A DNA stretch of 64,000 nt, taken from assembly GCF_001194135.2 (NCBI RefSeq), contig NC_068983.1, forward strand, positions 73,283,153 to 73,347,152, read 5' to 3'. This document shows, piece after piece, positions 25,942 to 37,776 of this stretch. The stretch comes from Octopus bimaculoides. Taxonomy: Eukaryota. Every line of letters starts with the position of its first letter. The first letter of the stretch is position 1. Under the pieces are notes generated by a model. The model was not told the DNA's origin and made no database searches. It was given only the letters and a program-made list of their open reading frames with translations. The translations under genes and the position numbers were made by a program.

Positions 25942-25984
25942 ACATAAAACCAGCATTCTTCAAAACTGAGCTTCATCTATAGAC

Positions 25985-26270
25985 CCAGAAAGTGACACAG
26001 CTCAGAACAGCTGTTCACTTTCTACAAGGTGACACGTCCTCAGTCAAGATCAACAAAGCCATTGTATGGTGGCACTAATGTTGCATCCTGAGGGAGGAAA
26101 AGAGCAGCAAGGCGCCCTAACAACACACGGCGAAGGCATTGGATAAGGAAAGGAGACGAGAAAGGTGGAGAAGTTGGAATGAGACCAGAACAGTGACAGA
26201 AAGCAGAACTAGTTGAAGAGATTTTATTGCGGTCTTATGTGCCTCATGGCACAGAGAGAACTAACTAAAT
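25985..26270 (+). mobile_element. RTE-clade LINE 3' fragment
   Basis: Remnants HPEGGK..GRPNNTRRR and WRSWNETRTVTESRTS*RDFIAVLCASWHREN* match the RTE C-terminal W.P.GKR..GRP..TW.R and DR..WR..V.ALC patterns. Confidence 0.6.
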
Positions 26271-26594
26271 ATGGGCATGGAAGCAGTAATTTTAGGGGAT
26301 GGTGTTAGTTAATGAAACACCTCCCAGTATTTGACTGCTACTTAATTTTATCTACTCCGCAGAGATCAAAGGCAAAGTTTACTACGGTGGGATAGGACAT
26401 AAAAAGCCAGAACAAATATCGCAAAGAGTTTTTTTTTTTTTTTGTCTAATGATTCTGCTAATATATACCGCCCAAACTTCCTGCAAAATAATTATTTTTA
26501 ATATAGTCAGCAAGCTCGACCTTTTAGGAATAACAGCTAAATCTACTTTAAATATAGAAAGCAGCAACAGTCGATTATATCGACCGAACCAGCA

Positions 26595-26780
26595 ACGGAG
26601 CCTCCCCGTTATCACCGGACCTGCTAGAAACAGTAACCAGGCCTCTTTCAATCCACACAATCATCTTAGAAATGGATGCGTTGGTGCTGGAACTCTCTGC
26701 ACAAAGAAGAAAATGGTTCCTGCTGTGATGTCTTTCATCATAGGTCTGCTTCATCAGGGTCGACCAGAAGCTAAAAATAA
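26595..26780 (+). repeat. Old interspersed repeat, family E (many diverged copies)
   Basis: Core CTGCTAGAAA.AG...TCTTT.ATCATAGGTCTGCT is shared with ~18780-18875, ~29285-29340, ~50680-50885, ~56342-56515 and ~63505-63590 (+), and with ~52325-52405, ~54300-54370 and ~56970-57060 (-). Confidence 0.6.
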
Positions 26781-28416
26781 TTTTATCCGCCTCAAAATGA
26801 TGATAAAGAAATTCGACTTCAGTGAGATTTAAACGCGAAAACGTAAAGGGATGCAACTAAATAAATACCTCAAAGCATTTTGTTCATCACTCTTCTAAAA
26901 CAGCAACCTACCACCTTCTGTATTAAATAATGATTTGTTTATATGGGTGGATACGGGGCTTCAAATTTGAGGAAAGGGTTGAAGACCGATTATATCGACT
27001 CCAGTACTTAGCTGATACTTATCGATATCCAGGATGGAAGAAAGATAAAGTTGATTTCGGCGGGGCTTGAATTCAGGGCATCCTTGTTTCGAACAATTAT
27101 TTCCAACTTGGTCGTAAGTATCTTATTGGCGGCTGAGGGACTAGATGATTAAACCGACCTCAGTACTTCAATGCTACCTTATTTTATCGATCCCGGAAAG
27201 TTGAAAGGCAAAAGTTGACCCTAACGGAATTTGAACTCGAAACCGTTTTCAGTTTAATAATAATGTAACTTCTTGGCAAACCCTTCCTTATAGATTAAAA
27301 ATGAAAGAAAGAAAGAAAGGATTAAAAAAAAAAAACCCGTCGATTTGACCAATCATACAACTTTAGAAAGGCTGTTATCTATTATGAAGTTAACGACTAC
27401 CTCTGCCTTTCACTCACCGCTCCTTCAACACTATCGTACATTAACACTTTACTACATTTACACACACACACACACACACACACATACACACGGTTCTGGT
27501 TCGAACGCTCTTCAATGTTCTTTCGTTGAATATGTTATCGAAGTTGCAATCTGACACCAAACCCCTTCCACCAACTGCCTTTCACATCTAATACCAGCCA
27601 ACCCCCATCTGTTCCCCTTCCTTTCCTTCTCTTTATTTCTATTCCACCAGCTCCCCTTTACTTCCTCGCCCCACCCCGCTTCTAAACCCCTCGTCCTCTC
27701 GTCTTTCCTCTATCCGGCCATACGCCCTACCACTTTTGTTGTTTGCCTTTTTAATAAGGGGAACCAATTATTTGCATTGCAGTTTGAAGTCGTAATGAAT
27801 GCAAACCCACCCGAATTGCACCCCACACCCTTATAATTCAAACAAGCTTGCTTCTAAAGACTAGGAAATAGTATTAACGGTAACGGTGGGATGGTGGTGA
27901 GTGATTATGACGACGACGATGGTGAATAGTAGTGGTAACAGTGTTAACAGTGGCGGTAACTGCTGCTGATTATTGTGGAAAAGGTAGTTGTCGACAGCGG
28001 TGGTGGGACGAGTTGGAACAGATAAAAGTGGGAATTCAAACTTGTCTACCAAGGACTAAAGAGAGGCTTGAAAAACAAAATGATTAAATAGCAAATATAT
28101 TGCAAAGGCAACACCAAAAACTGATTCCTTTACTTTGAACATGGAATCAACTTATGAAGTTGAGTGAAAACGGAGGGAGCCAATAAAACCGATTGCCGAA
28201 AGAAAAAAGAGGAAGAAGAAAGACTATGAGGAAAAAGAAAAGGGTGTCAGGAGATGTAGGTATATCTTGTCACGATGACACTACTGGACTGATGTTAACA
28301 ACTCCGTTTGTATTTGAACCTAGAAACCAGAGGGTTGAAACTAAATCCTATAATGCATAATCCTTTGATACTGTTCTTTCTGTCTCTGATATAATATTTG
28401 TTTATTATGACCAAGA

Positions 28417-28782
28417 GTGGAGGCGCAATGGCCCAATGGTTAGGGCAGCGGACTCGCGGTTTCGATTCCCAGACCGGGCGTTGTGAGTGTTTATTGAGCG
28501 AAAACACCTAAAGCTCCACGAGGCTCCGGCACGGGATGGTGACGAACCCTGCGGTACTCTTTCACCACAACTTTCTCTCTCTTTCTTCCTGTTTCTGTTG
28601 TGCCTGTAATTCAAAGGGTCAGCTTTGTCACACTGTGTCACGCTGAATATCCCCGAGAACTACGTTAAGGATACACGTGTCTGTGGAGTGCTCAGCCACT
28701 TGCATGTTAATTTCACGAGCAGGCTGTTCCGTTGATTGGATCAACTGGAACCCTCGACGTCGTAAGCGACGGAGTGCCAACA
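28417..28782 (+). mobile_element. SINE family B, full length with a small head deletion
   Basis: About 14 nt (TCATAGGATCGCGG) are lost between the two TCGCGGT repeats of the head. Tail GGAGTGCCAACA. ATTATGAC occurs on both flanks but is offset. Confidence 0.9.
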
Positions 28783-30329
28783 ATTATGACTGATTAGGGA
28801 AAATTGGAATCGACATGAGGGCAGAGCAGGCCCCCAAAAAACTGCTCTATTGGGGACGGCTAGGATTTTGAGATTGGTGCTTGGATGTTGAGCGTCTTCC
28901 ACGATAAGTTAACATTTATATGCCAAAGCTTATAATTTGTGGAAAGAGACCTTGTGAGACCTCTGGCAGCAGGTTGCTGTCCGCTCTCACATAATCAACC
29001 AGAGCAAGTAAGACCGAGAGCTCTGGGAATTATAATAATAATTCGAGGGGTTGTTACATATCGAGAAAGCTTTTTTCATCAAAAGTGACCCTTGTTCTTT
29101 CGTTCTTTCACACTTTAGATCGGTCTAGAAATGCAATGACACCTTGCATGTGGTCCTGTTGGTAACGAGGACTTAATGCTGAAAATAAGCCAATAAGTTT
29201 ACAAATACTTTACTATGCGTATGTGAAGTGACCCTAAATGAGAACTTGAAACCCCTTAGCTGCTAAAAGAGGAGAGAGAGTAATCTATATAGTCGCTCGA
29301 CCTGCTAAAAAATAGCAGGCAAAACTCCTATAAATTACGCTCAAAGATTTCCAAAAATAATCTTCTCATCGTAGTTCAATGAAGATCAAATAAAAAAAAA
29401 CTTACTGGCACTCTGCATAGAAAATTTTTAAAACTCCATTCTAAAGCTGACAATTTAGAAAAAATATAGAAAATTACTGCTTAGTTGGTTTTATTTGGCA
29501 TACTTTTGTATAATAAAATTATGACTAATAGTGTTTCAAGAAACCCAGCCATTATTAATTAGCATAGATTTTCTTAAGCTTTGAATTATATTTTAAAACA
29601 TCTGCGGTGCATCATTTGAGAACCAACAACCTAATTTAAAAAAATAAGGAAACTATGAAAAGTATGAAACTGGGTTCACTGATTTTAAGAGAAAAGAGAC
29701 AAGATGGTCGTTGTTGGAATGCGTTTGATCATAAGTCTGCCGGATCAAAGTTGTCCAGAGAAAAATAACAATCTTGCCATCTGGGTTTCGTGAACGTTTG
29801 TATTTTGCTCTACACTTTTCACTACCACAAGCTAGCTAGGCGGGTAGATAGACAGACAGATGGATGGATAGACAGACAGACGGAAGCTGAAATTCAATCT
29901 AGAAATGCTCCGTTCAAGTACCGTTGGAATTCTTTTGCATTTCATCCTCCTTACAGGAACGATCATTCTTCGGATCGATACAACTGATGAAACATGAAAA
30001 TATGCGTCTCGTGTACTACTGTAAGATTTAGTTCTAACCAAAAGGGCTAGAGCAACAATGTACCATTTAAAGAAAATATACAAAATGTATGAGTAAACGC
30101 ATTTCTCTTTCTCTCTCTTCCACTCTCTCTCATTCTCTTATAACGTGGGAAGACCAAAATTTTATATATTGATTATTGAATATAAAACGGTAAAGGGTTT
30201 CCAGTTCAAACTATAGATGCTAATTTAACGCAAGGAAAATCATTAAATATCTACTACCTTAATATTAAGACAGGCACAACTTACCCTGGTTTTCAATATA
30301 TACATATATAACTACACACCTGCTGTTGG

Positions 30330-30470
30330 TGATTTGTTCCTCTTCTTTGGACTTTTCCTTTTTTCCTTTCCGACGAAGAGTTATGATCGAAACGTCAAAA
30401 ACTCTGAGCGTCAAACTAATACGTTCTTTGTGCACGTCCCCGTTTGTTATTGTTAATTTTATTGTTCGCG
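30330..30470 (+). mobile_element. Short PLE pseudo-LTR-like repeat with a degenerate hammerhead-like motif (30367-30399)
   Basis: Pyrimidine tract, then TTT CCGACGA AGAGTTATGATC GAAACGTC AAA, then GAGCGTCAAACTAATACGTTC, homologous to 17285-17445. Confidence 0.5.
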
Positions 30471-30502
30471 CTTCAAAATATCTCGTAATAAGTATTTCAA
30501 AG

Positions 30503-30698
30503 TAAGGCAGCGAGCTTGGCAGAAACGTTAGCACGCCGGGTAAAGTCTTAGCGCTATTTCGTCCGTCTCAACGATCTGAGATCAAATTCTGTCTTTCATT
30601 CCTTTTGGGGTTGATAAAATAAGTACCAGTTGAGTACTGGGTTCGATGTAATCGACTTACCCACTTCCCTGAAATTACTGGTTTTGAGCCAAATTTCA
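30503..30698 (+). mobile_element. tRNA-derived SINE family C, full length
   Basis: AAGGCAGCGAGCTTGGCAGAAACGTTAGCACGCCGGG head. 13-bp TSD AAGTATTTCAAAG (30490-30502 / 30699-30711). Confidence 0.85.
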
Positions 30699-30924
30699 AA
30701 GTATTTCAAAGAAAATTGCTGGCCTTCGGGGCATTCGTAGAGCGCATTCTTCTCTATGAAGGCAAAACATGGTGTACGAAGCTCTATAGAACTTTGAAAT
30801 CGCCTTCATGTAAAAGAGTAAAAAGTATATAGATAGATAGATAGATAGATTCAGTTGAACTTAGGTACCTAAGTTGAAGCACCAAAATTAGTGCTTTGGG
30901 TATTGAATTCACACATAGAATGCC

Positions 30925-31078
30925 TCTTTCAGGTTTCTGTCGACCAAATCTATTTACAAAATATTGGTCGAACTGAGGTTGTCGTAGAAGCCACTTACCC
31001 AAAGTGATACACAGTGGGACTGAACCCGAAAACACATGGTTGGGAAGCAAACTTCTTACCACATAGCCATACCTCTGT
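30925..31078 (-). mobile_element. SINE family A, 5' half, diverged
   Basis: CAGTGGGACTGAACCCG...CATGGTTGGGAAGCAAACTTCTTACCACA. Confidence 0.75.
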
Positions 31079-31971
31079 ACAGAAGTCGGTATTGGTTTGT
31101 AAATTTTCTTTTTTTTCTTTTGTTATTTTGTAAAGTATGTGTACATCCCATATAAGTAACGATCACCCAGTTTAGAGAGGAAACACAGGTTAAATCAGAG
31201 GAAGAAATACAAGGTGAAGGAAAAGAAAAAGTAGAATAAAGAAGTAGAAGAATAAGAAATATGGGGAGGGAAGGACGATGGGTATATAAATACGCTGTCA
31301 CGACAATTAACAACTGTCAATTCCATGTCATCAGCAGAAGGTCAACACATTCATCAAGGAGTAAGGTGGAAGGGGGAGTGATACTAATGTCTGGCTGCTC
31401 AGAAAGAAGAAAAGGTGGAGATAGTGGTGGGAGGAGCTATATGCATACATATACACACACACATGTATGCAAAAAAAAGTGAGAGAAAGAAATAAACTGG
31501 GAGGTTCAGATATAAGGTGGTGGGAGGAGACAGACGATAGTTCAAGATATCCTAGAGGTACTTCATAGATATGAATAACCTTAATAGATATGTCTATTTG
31601 CTTATTGTGGTGTGTGTGTGTGTGTTTGTGTAAGTCGGTGTATTAGTGTCTATAGATAGGAATATAATGGTACTTATGTGTGTAGTGAGGAGAAACACGT
31701 TTCGCTTGGGTTGGTTTAATTAACCGTTGTCGAAATCAAGTAATGTCAAGCAGCCTTCAATAGTAAGGGTCAACTTCATTAGTAGCAGAAGTAGGTGGTG
31801 GGGTGCGGCGTAGTTGAATAAAATTGCGACTGCGTAGCTACGAATGCGCGCGCGCATATTTACATATGTGTACATAGGTACATATTGTTTAGCCAAGAGA
31901 TGTACTTAATATTAATATACACATTTTTTAAAACTATGGTTTTGCCGACTCCTTGCCGGGTATATATTTTT

Positions 31972-32021
<50 letters not shown>

Positions 32022-32109
32022 TGGTCGAGTCTATTACTGCGTTGAATTTCACCTGTGGGTGCACAGGGTCTTAAGCAAGTTATGACAAGTTTTTCCGATA
32101 GTCAACACT

Positions 32110-32166
32110 GTTGTTGTTGGCACTCCGTCGCTTACGACGTCGAGGGTTCCAGTTGATCCGATCAAC
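32110..32166 (-). mobile_element. SINE family B 3' tail only (57 bp)
   Basis: (TTG)n GGCACTCCGTCGCTTACGACGTCGAGGGTTCCAGTTGATCCGATCAAC, identical to the family B tail. Confidence 0.85.
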
Positions 32167-32376
32167 TGATGATTTATAGTCGGGGTGAGAGGACGGATCT
32201 GGCTAGTTTTAACATAAATAGAATATTTAAGCCAGATATGGCTGGTTTAAATGCTAAAAGGTGAAAAGCACACCGGAGGAAATCGGTTTTATTTTCTAAA
32301 AATATCCGCAGAGCTGATAGTTTTAAAATTATAAACACCTTCTAGTGGAGTAGCTTTGTCTTGTAATTTCATGAGT

Positions 32377-32747
32377 CTTGGCACTCCGTCGCTTACGACG
32401 TCGAGGGTTCTAGTTGATCCGATCAACGGAACAGCCTGCTTGTGAAATTAACGTGCAAGTGGCTGAGCACACCACAGACACGTGTACCCTTAACGTAGTT
32501 CTCGGGGATATTCAGCGTGACACGGCTGGCCCATTGAAATACAGGTACAACAGAAACAGGAAGTAAGAGTGAGAGAAAGTTGTGGTGAAAGAGTACAGCA
32601 GGGTTCGCCACTATCTCCTGCCGGAGCCTCGTGGAGCTTTAGGTGTTTTCGCTCAATAAACACTCACAACGCCCGGTCTGGGAATCGAAACCGCGATCCT
32701 ATGACCGCGAGTCCGCTGCCCTAACCACTGGGCCATTGCGCCTCCAC
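32377..32747 (-). mobile_element. SINE family B, full length
   Basis: 12-bp TSD AATTTCATGAGT (32365-32376 / 32748-32759). Confidence 0.93.
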
Positions 32748-32968
32748 AATTTCATGAGTAAACCCAATTAATCAAAGCTTTACAACCTATTTTTATTATA
32801 TATGCGAGACTTAACTGATTGTGTAATTTAGTATGTAGGTCGCTAGCCTGAGAAATGATCTAATTAGCTCCTCTGCTTTCGATATTGACGATCATCATCT
32901 CTTCCTTTCCTCTATTTTTTAAACACGTTGATCATTTTTAAAGCCTAAACCGACTGAATAAAATATAC

Positions 32969-33003
32969 TTCCCTGATGAGATCTAACAAGACCGAAACAT
33001 GTC
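32969..33003 (+). ncRNA. Hammerhead core (helices II and III) without a pairing helix I
   Basis: CTGATGA 32973-32979, helix II GATCT/AGACC (4 of 5), GAAA 32994-32997, palindrome ACATGT, GTC triplet. The flanks TTCC / TACT do not pair. Confidence 0.4.
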
Positions 33004-33079
33004 TACTGGTGTCACCAGTTGGTTTTAAAGACAGGATCCACCCTTATCTACATTGTTTAGGGCTGTGGTTAAGAAGCTC

Positions 33080-33610
33080 GGATCTAGTTTAAAACGGGAG
33101 CACCAGTATTTTCTTAACGAAACACTAACGAAACACTTTGAAACTTGGGACACTGGTAGAATGTGTCATATAAAACATCTTTTACTCTTAGTCTTCTTAA
33201 CAAAAAAANNNNNNNNNNAAATGTTATTCCCTGTGACATATTTCATCCGGTTTAATCGTAATTTATACGCATATATTGTTTATATAATAAATTATGCTGT
33301 GCGTATCTATGTGTGTAACAATTTTAGATTTCGGATTCTAGAGTTAGGGTTAGTTTTAGGGTTAGGGTTAGGGGATTAATACGATATACACCGTTACAGC
33401 GCTAACTGTTATCAACTGAATAGACGTCAGTGATTAGTAGAAATTATCGAAATAAGACAATTTTTTACGTGAAATAAATTCGAATACAAAACTTTTTTTC
33501 TGTTCTATTACACAAAATAGATAAGTATACGAAGTTTGAAAGTCTTTCCGTACCAAAAACACTACATAAAACATTAATGAAAACTGGTGCCCCCGTTTTA
33601 AACTAGATCC
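33080..33610. mobile_element. Non-autonomous TIR transposon (Merlin-like MITE) containing TTAGGG repeats
   Basis: 28-bp TIR GGATCTAGTTTAAAACGGG(A/G)GCACCAGT with 1 mismatch. Perfect 8-bp TSD AGAAGCTC (33072-33079 / 33611-33618). GG termini plus an 8-bp TSD fit Merlin better than hAT. Confidence 0.88.
33344..33373 (+). repeat. Interstitial telomere-like (TTAGGG) tract inside the MITE
   Basis: TTAGGGTTAGTTTTAGGGTTAGGGTTAGGG. Confidence 0.85.
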
Positions 33611-35399
33611 AGAAGCTCACTTTGCAACCATGTAGTTTCGAGTTCAGTCCCACTACGCGGTAACTTGGGCTTTCTATCATAGCCCCCGAGGAGACCAAAG
33701 TCTTGTCAGTGAATTTGGTATTCCGAAACTGTCTCTAAGTCCGCCATATAAATGTATAAGTGTGTGTGTTTGTGTGCGTGCGCTTTTGTCCTCGCCCCCC
33801 ACTGCTTGATAACCAGTGTTGGTTTGTTTACGTCCCCGTAACTTAGAGGTTCTTAGAGGAAAAAGAAATCGATCGAATAAGTACTGGACTTCAAAAAGAA
33901 AAAAAAGGCGATTTGTTCGACTGAAATCCTTTCAAAGCAGAGTCACAGTCCAATGAGTAAAACAAGTAAAAATTAAACGATAAACAATAACTTTTAGATT
34001 TTAAATAAACCTAGAGGGAGCTTTTGGCAACTAATCGCAGAAATAATCTGTCAGTCAGTCGAAATTTTGTAATTCACAGTACACATGTGAGACTCTAACA
34101 TGCATCTAAATTTGCAAACTTTTCTTAATTATTTTTTTCATCTATTTATTTATTGCCGACTCTAAGCGCCACCGCTTTTCTCCGGACTCATATTTATAAT
34201 TGTTACTCTGTTCTCCAGCTCTAGCCATACTGCTGCTCATTGCCCTTCTGCCAGGTTTTCCATTTCAGCTGAGACTCCTTTCCCGCTCTCCCTTTTTATT
34301 ATTTCTATATCTCGTTATTCATTCATACATTTATTCAACCATAGTGTTTTCAGCTATTAAGCAACAACACTCTCCATCGTTTATTTGATCAGCTTTGTGG
34401 TCATGCGTGTGCTTGCCTATATACGTTTGTATATATGTATGTATGGGGTTGTGCGCGAGCGCGTTGTGCATGTCTATATTTCTTAGCTCCCCTTCCTCCT
34501 CCCAGCTTCGTCTATCTCACTGACTCGAGGTTATAAATGATAATGATGAGGTTGTTGATAATAATAATAACAACAACAACGCTAACGTTAATAACAACAG
34601 CAATAATAATAAGAAAAAATAATAATAATTTAAGTGACAACAACCAGCAGCACCAGCATTAGCAACATCAACGCTGCCGCCAAAATCAGCAACTTCCAAT
34701 CTGGACGAAAACAAGGCTCTTTTTTTCTCTCTTTTACGAGCTTGAATTTATTTTTTATATTGTTTCTTATTATCGTTATTTTTTTTATTTTATATAACTT
34801 CAACCTGGTATTCCGGAAGAAGCAGCAATAAAATAAAATAAAATAATAACAACAACAATAATGACACAGACTTCAAAGCAATGACCGTCTCTTCAAAAGG
34901 AGAGAAATAATAACAAACACATACACACACAGAAAAAGAAACAAACCCCCCCCAAAAAAAACACAGAATAAAGCTATATAACTGAAAGCAAAATAAATAA
35001 ATAAATAAAGAGTTTGCCCTCAATATGGACTATCATGAAGGTGGCAAAAATAATATGGCGATGAGCTTTAAACAACATGGTGACGTTAAAAAAAACATTT
35101 AATACATGAATAAAATATAATAAATAAAAGTGAGGAATAATAAAATAGTATTGGTAGTACAACACTTAACTTTATGAATAAATAGGAATTTAATATCTCG
35201 CTTGTACTGTTTATTATAACCATTTAGAGACATATTTAAAGAACACAAATAATCAAAAAATATTTGAATAGGAACATGAATGATACAAAAGTGAATCAAA
35301 TCCGAATATTCGCATTTTGTTTGGGGTTCTTTTTTTTGCTGTTTTAAAAAAAATATATACTTGTCATCTGGTTTAAAATGTAAAATTTAGTGGTATATA

Positions 35400-35730
35400 G
35401 GCGCAGGCATGACTGTGTGGTTGAGAAGCTCGCTCTGTAACCATGTGGTTTCAGGTTCAACCCTTTCGACAAGAGTTTTCTACTATAGCCTCGACCTAAT
35501 TTTATAAAGAGAAAGTGTGTTGATATACGTCGTATAAATGTGCGTGCTTGTGCTTACCGGTGTTAGTTTGTTTACGCTTCTGTCAATTGCAGGTTTGGCA
35601 AAAGAGACCGACAGAATAAGAACCAAACTTGAAAAATAAGTAATGAGGCCGGTCTGGTAGACTAAAACAAACCTTCCAAGGCGGTGCCCCAGCATGGTCG
35701 CAGTTCAATGAATGACACAAAAAGTAAATG
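35400..35730 (+). mobile_element. SINE family A, older diverged copy
   Basis: GGCGCAGGCATGACTGTGTGG head with a collinear but diverged body. Confidence 0.75.
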
Positions 35731-35752
35731 AAAAAATAAATATACATATACA

Positions 35753-36157
35753 GGCGCAGGAGTGGCTGTGTGGTAAGTAGCTTCCTTACGAACCACATGG
35801 CTCTGGGTTCAGTCCCACTGCGTGGCATCTTGGGCAAGTGTCTTCTACTATAGCCTCGGGCCGACCAAAGCCTTGTGAGTGGATTTGGCAGACGGAAACT
35901 GAAAGAAGCCCGTCATATATACGTGTATATATATATGTGTGTGTGTGTGTGTGTGCGTGTGTCTGTGTTTGTCCCCCTAGCATTGCTTGACAACCGATGC
36001 TGGTGTGTTTATGTCCCCGTAACTTAGCGGTTCGGCAAAAAGAGACCGATAGAATAAGTACTAGGCTTACAAAGAATAAGTCCCGGGGTCGATTTGCTCG
36101 ACTAAAGGCGGTGCTCCAGCATGGCCGCAGTCAAATGACTGAAACAAGTAAAAGAGT
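35753..36157 (+). mobile_element. SINE family A, full length, young
   Basis: GGCGCAGGAGTGGCTGTGTGGTAAG (A box), GGGTTCAGTCCC (B box), internal (TA)(TG) tract and (GAGTAAAA)-like tail. Near-identical to 60001-60398 and 62888-63290. Confidence 0.93.
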
Positions 36158-36161
36158 ATAA

Positions 36162-36208
<47 letters not shown>

Positions 36209-36266
36209 CTGATGGGTGATAGAATTAATATGTGTGTTGTGGTAGTTATTAGACCACTATGAAAAA

Positions 36267-36570
36267 GTGCACGTGGCCTAGTAGCTATAAAAACATTCGA
36301 GCTCACAATCAGAAAGTCGTGGGTTCGATTTCAGAACCGGGTGGCGCATTGTGTGCATTGTTCCTCGTTGTGCCAATCCACTCAGCTGAAAATGAGTACC
36401 AGCCAACTGCCTGGGCAGTTCACTCCTTCCTCCATCTGTCACATTCTCGTTGTTCCGCCGGGTCAACGTGAGAGAGGGTATCTGTCTACTCGCGGTTACA
36501 TAGATACCCAAAGCAATTAGTGAAATCGTGGTCCGAACTACCAGATCGTACTTGCTCGTGACTGAGTTCT
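36267..36570 (+). mobile_element. Old tRNA-headed SINE with a CCACTCAGCTGAAAATGAGTACC core
   Basis: GTGCACGTGGCCTAGTAG A-box-like and GGGTTCGATTTC B-box-like motifs. The core is related to family D. Confidence 0.55.
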
Positions 36571-36571
36571 A

Positions 36572-36950
36572 TCTTTCACTTGTTTCAGTCACTGAACTGC
36601 AGCAAATGCTGGGGCACCACCTTGAAGAATTTTAGTTGAACAAATCGATCCAAGTGCGTATTTTTATTTTCTTTAGCATGGCACTTATTCTATTGGTATC
36701 TTTTGCCAAACCGCTAACTGATGGGAACGTAAACAAACTAACACTGGTGGTCACGAGGTGTTGGTGTTGGTGGACAAACGCAAGCAATGCATGCGCGCGC
36801 ACCCCTTCACACACACACACACACACACACACAACAAGCTTCTTTCAGTTTCCGTCTACCAAATCCACTCACAACGCCCAGAGCTTTAGTAGAGGACACT
36901 TCCCCAAGATGCCGAGCAGTGGGACACTGAACCCAAGACTACATGCCACG
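36572..36950 (-). mobile_element. SINE family A, diverged
   Basis: CACTTGTTTCAGTCACTGAACTGC...TTTCAGTTTCCGTCTACCAAATCCACTCAC. Confidence 0.8.
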
Positions 36951-37394
36951 TCTGTTGATTTTTTTCTTTCTTTTTTGTCTTCTTGGATAATTTCACAATT
37001 TGGTGTTGAAATCACGCCGAAGTCCCTTAGCTTTGTCTTTTAAAAAAATAATGGGAATATCACGGTTGAAACGCCAACGAGCATCGGTCATCTAGATCAG
37101 GGTTGATATGGGAAGTAACGACAACAACAATGTATTTAGACTCATCGAGCATAAGTTGTATATTTATACACATGCATGAATATACATCGCCATGTATATA
37201 AAACTGAACCGATTGGAAACTATGCGTGCATACGCACGTGCGAACGGATACATATAAAGAAGGATACACAGATGTGAAACAACTACTATATGCATGCATA
37301 GAAAATTCTGCGCACGCACAAACATTCATGCATGCACGCACACACATACATACATATAAAACTATCTATTTAACTCCTGGTATCATATTCTGTA

Positions 37395-37776
37395 GTGGAG
37401 GCGCAATGGCCCAGTGGTTAGGGCAGCGGACTCGCGGTCATAGGATCGCGGTTTCGATTAACCACACTGGGCGTTGTGAGTGTTTATTGAGCGAAAACAC
37501 CTAAAGCTCCACGAGGCTCCGGCAGGGGATGGTGGCGAACCCTGCTGTACTCTTTCACCACAACTTTCTCTCACTCTTACTTCCTGTTTCTGTTGTGCCT
37601 GTAATTCAAAGGTTAAGCCGTGTCACACTGTGTCACACTGAATATCCCCGAGAACTACGTTAAGGGTACACGTGTCTGTGGATTGCTCAGCCACTTGCAC
37701 GGTAATTTCACGAGCAGGCTGTTCCGCTGATCGGATCAACTGGAACCCTCGACGTCGTAAGCGACGGAGTGCCAAC
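37395..37776 (+). mobile_element. SINE family B, full length
   Basis: 13-bp TSD ATCATATTCTGTA (37382-37394 / 37777-37789). Confidence 0.93.

Larger units (their letters stand above)
33058..33975 (+). mobile_element. Old SINE family A copy, split in its tRNA head by the 33080-33610 MITE
   Basis: The head GGCTGTGGTTAAGAAGCTC resumes after the MITE as ACTTTGCAACCATGTAGTTTCGAGTTCAGTCCCAC and ends ...AAACAAGTAAAA. Confidence 0.75.

Noticed and set aside
28800-28870. MRAEQAPKKLLYW as a possible RTE RT remnant
   Set aside because: A single short motif with no flanking collinear support.
33344-33373. TTAGGG tract as a real telomere or chromosome fusion scar
   Set aside because: Only about 5 imperfect units, embedded in a TIR element with a TSD.
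35753-35830. tRNA-like heads here and at 37395, 40070, 25130-25201 and 30504
   Set aside because: They have A/B boxes but no complete cloverleaf, and they continue into multi-copy SINE bodies, so they are not tRNA genes.
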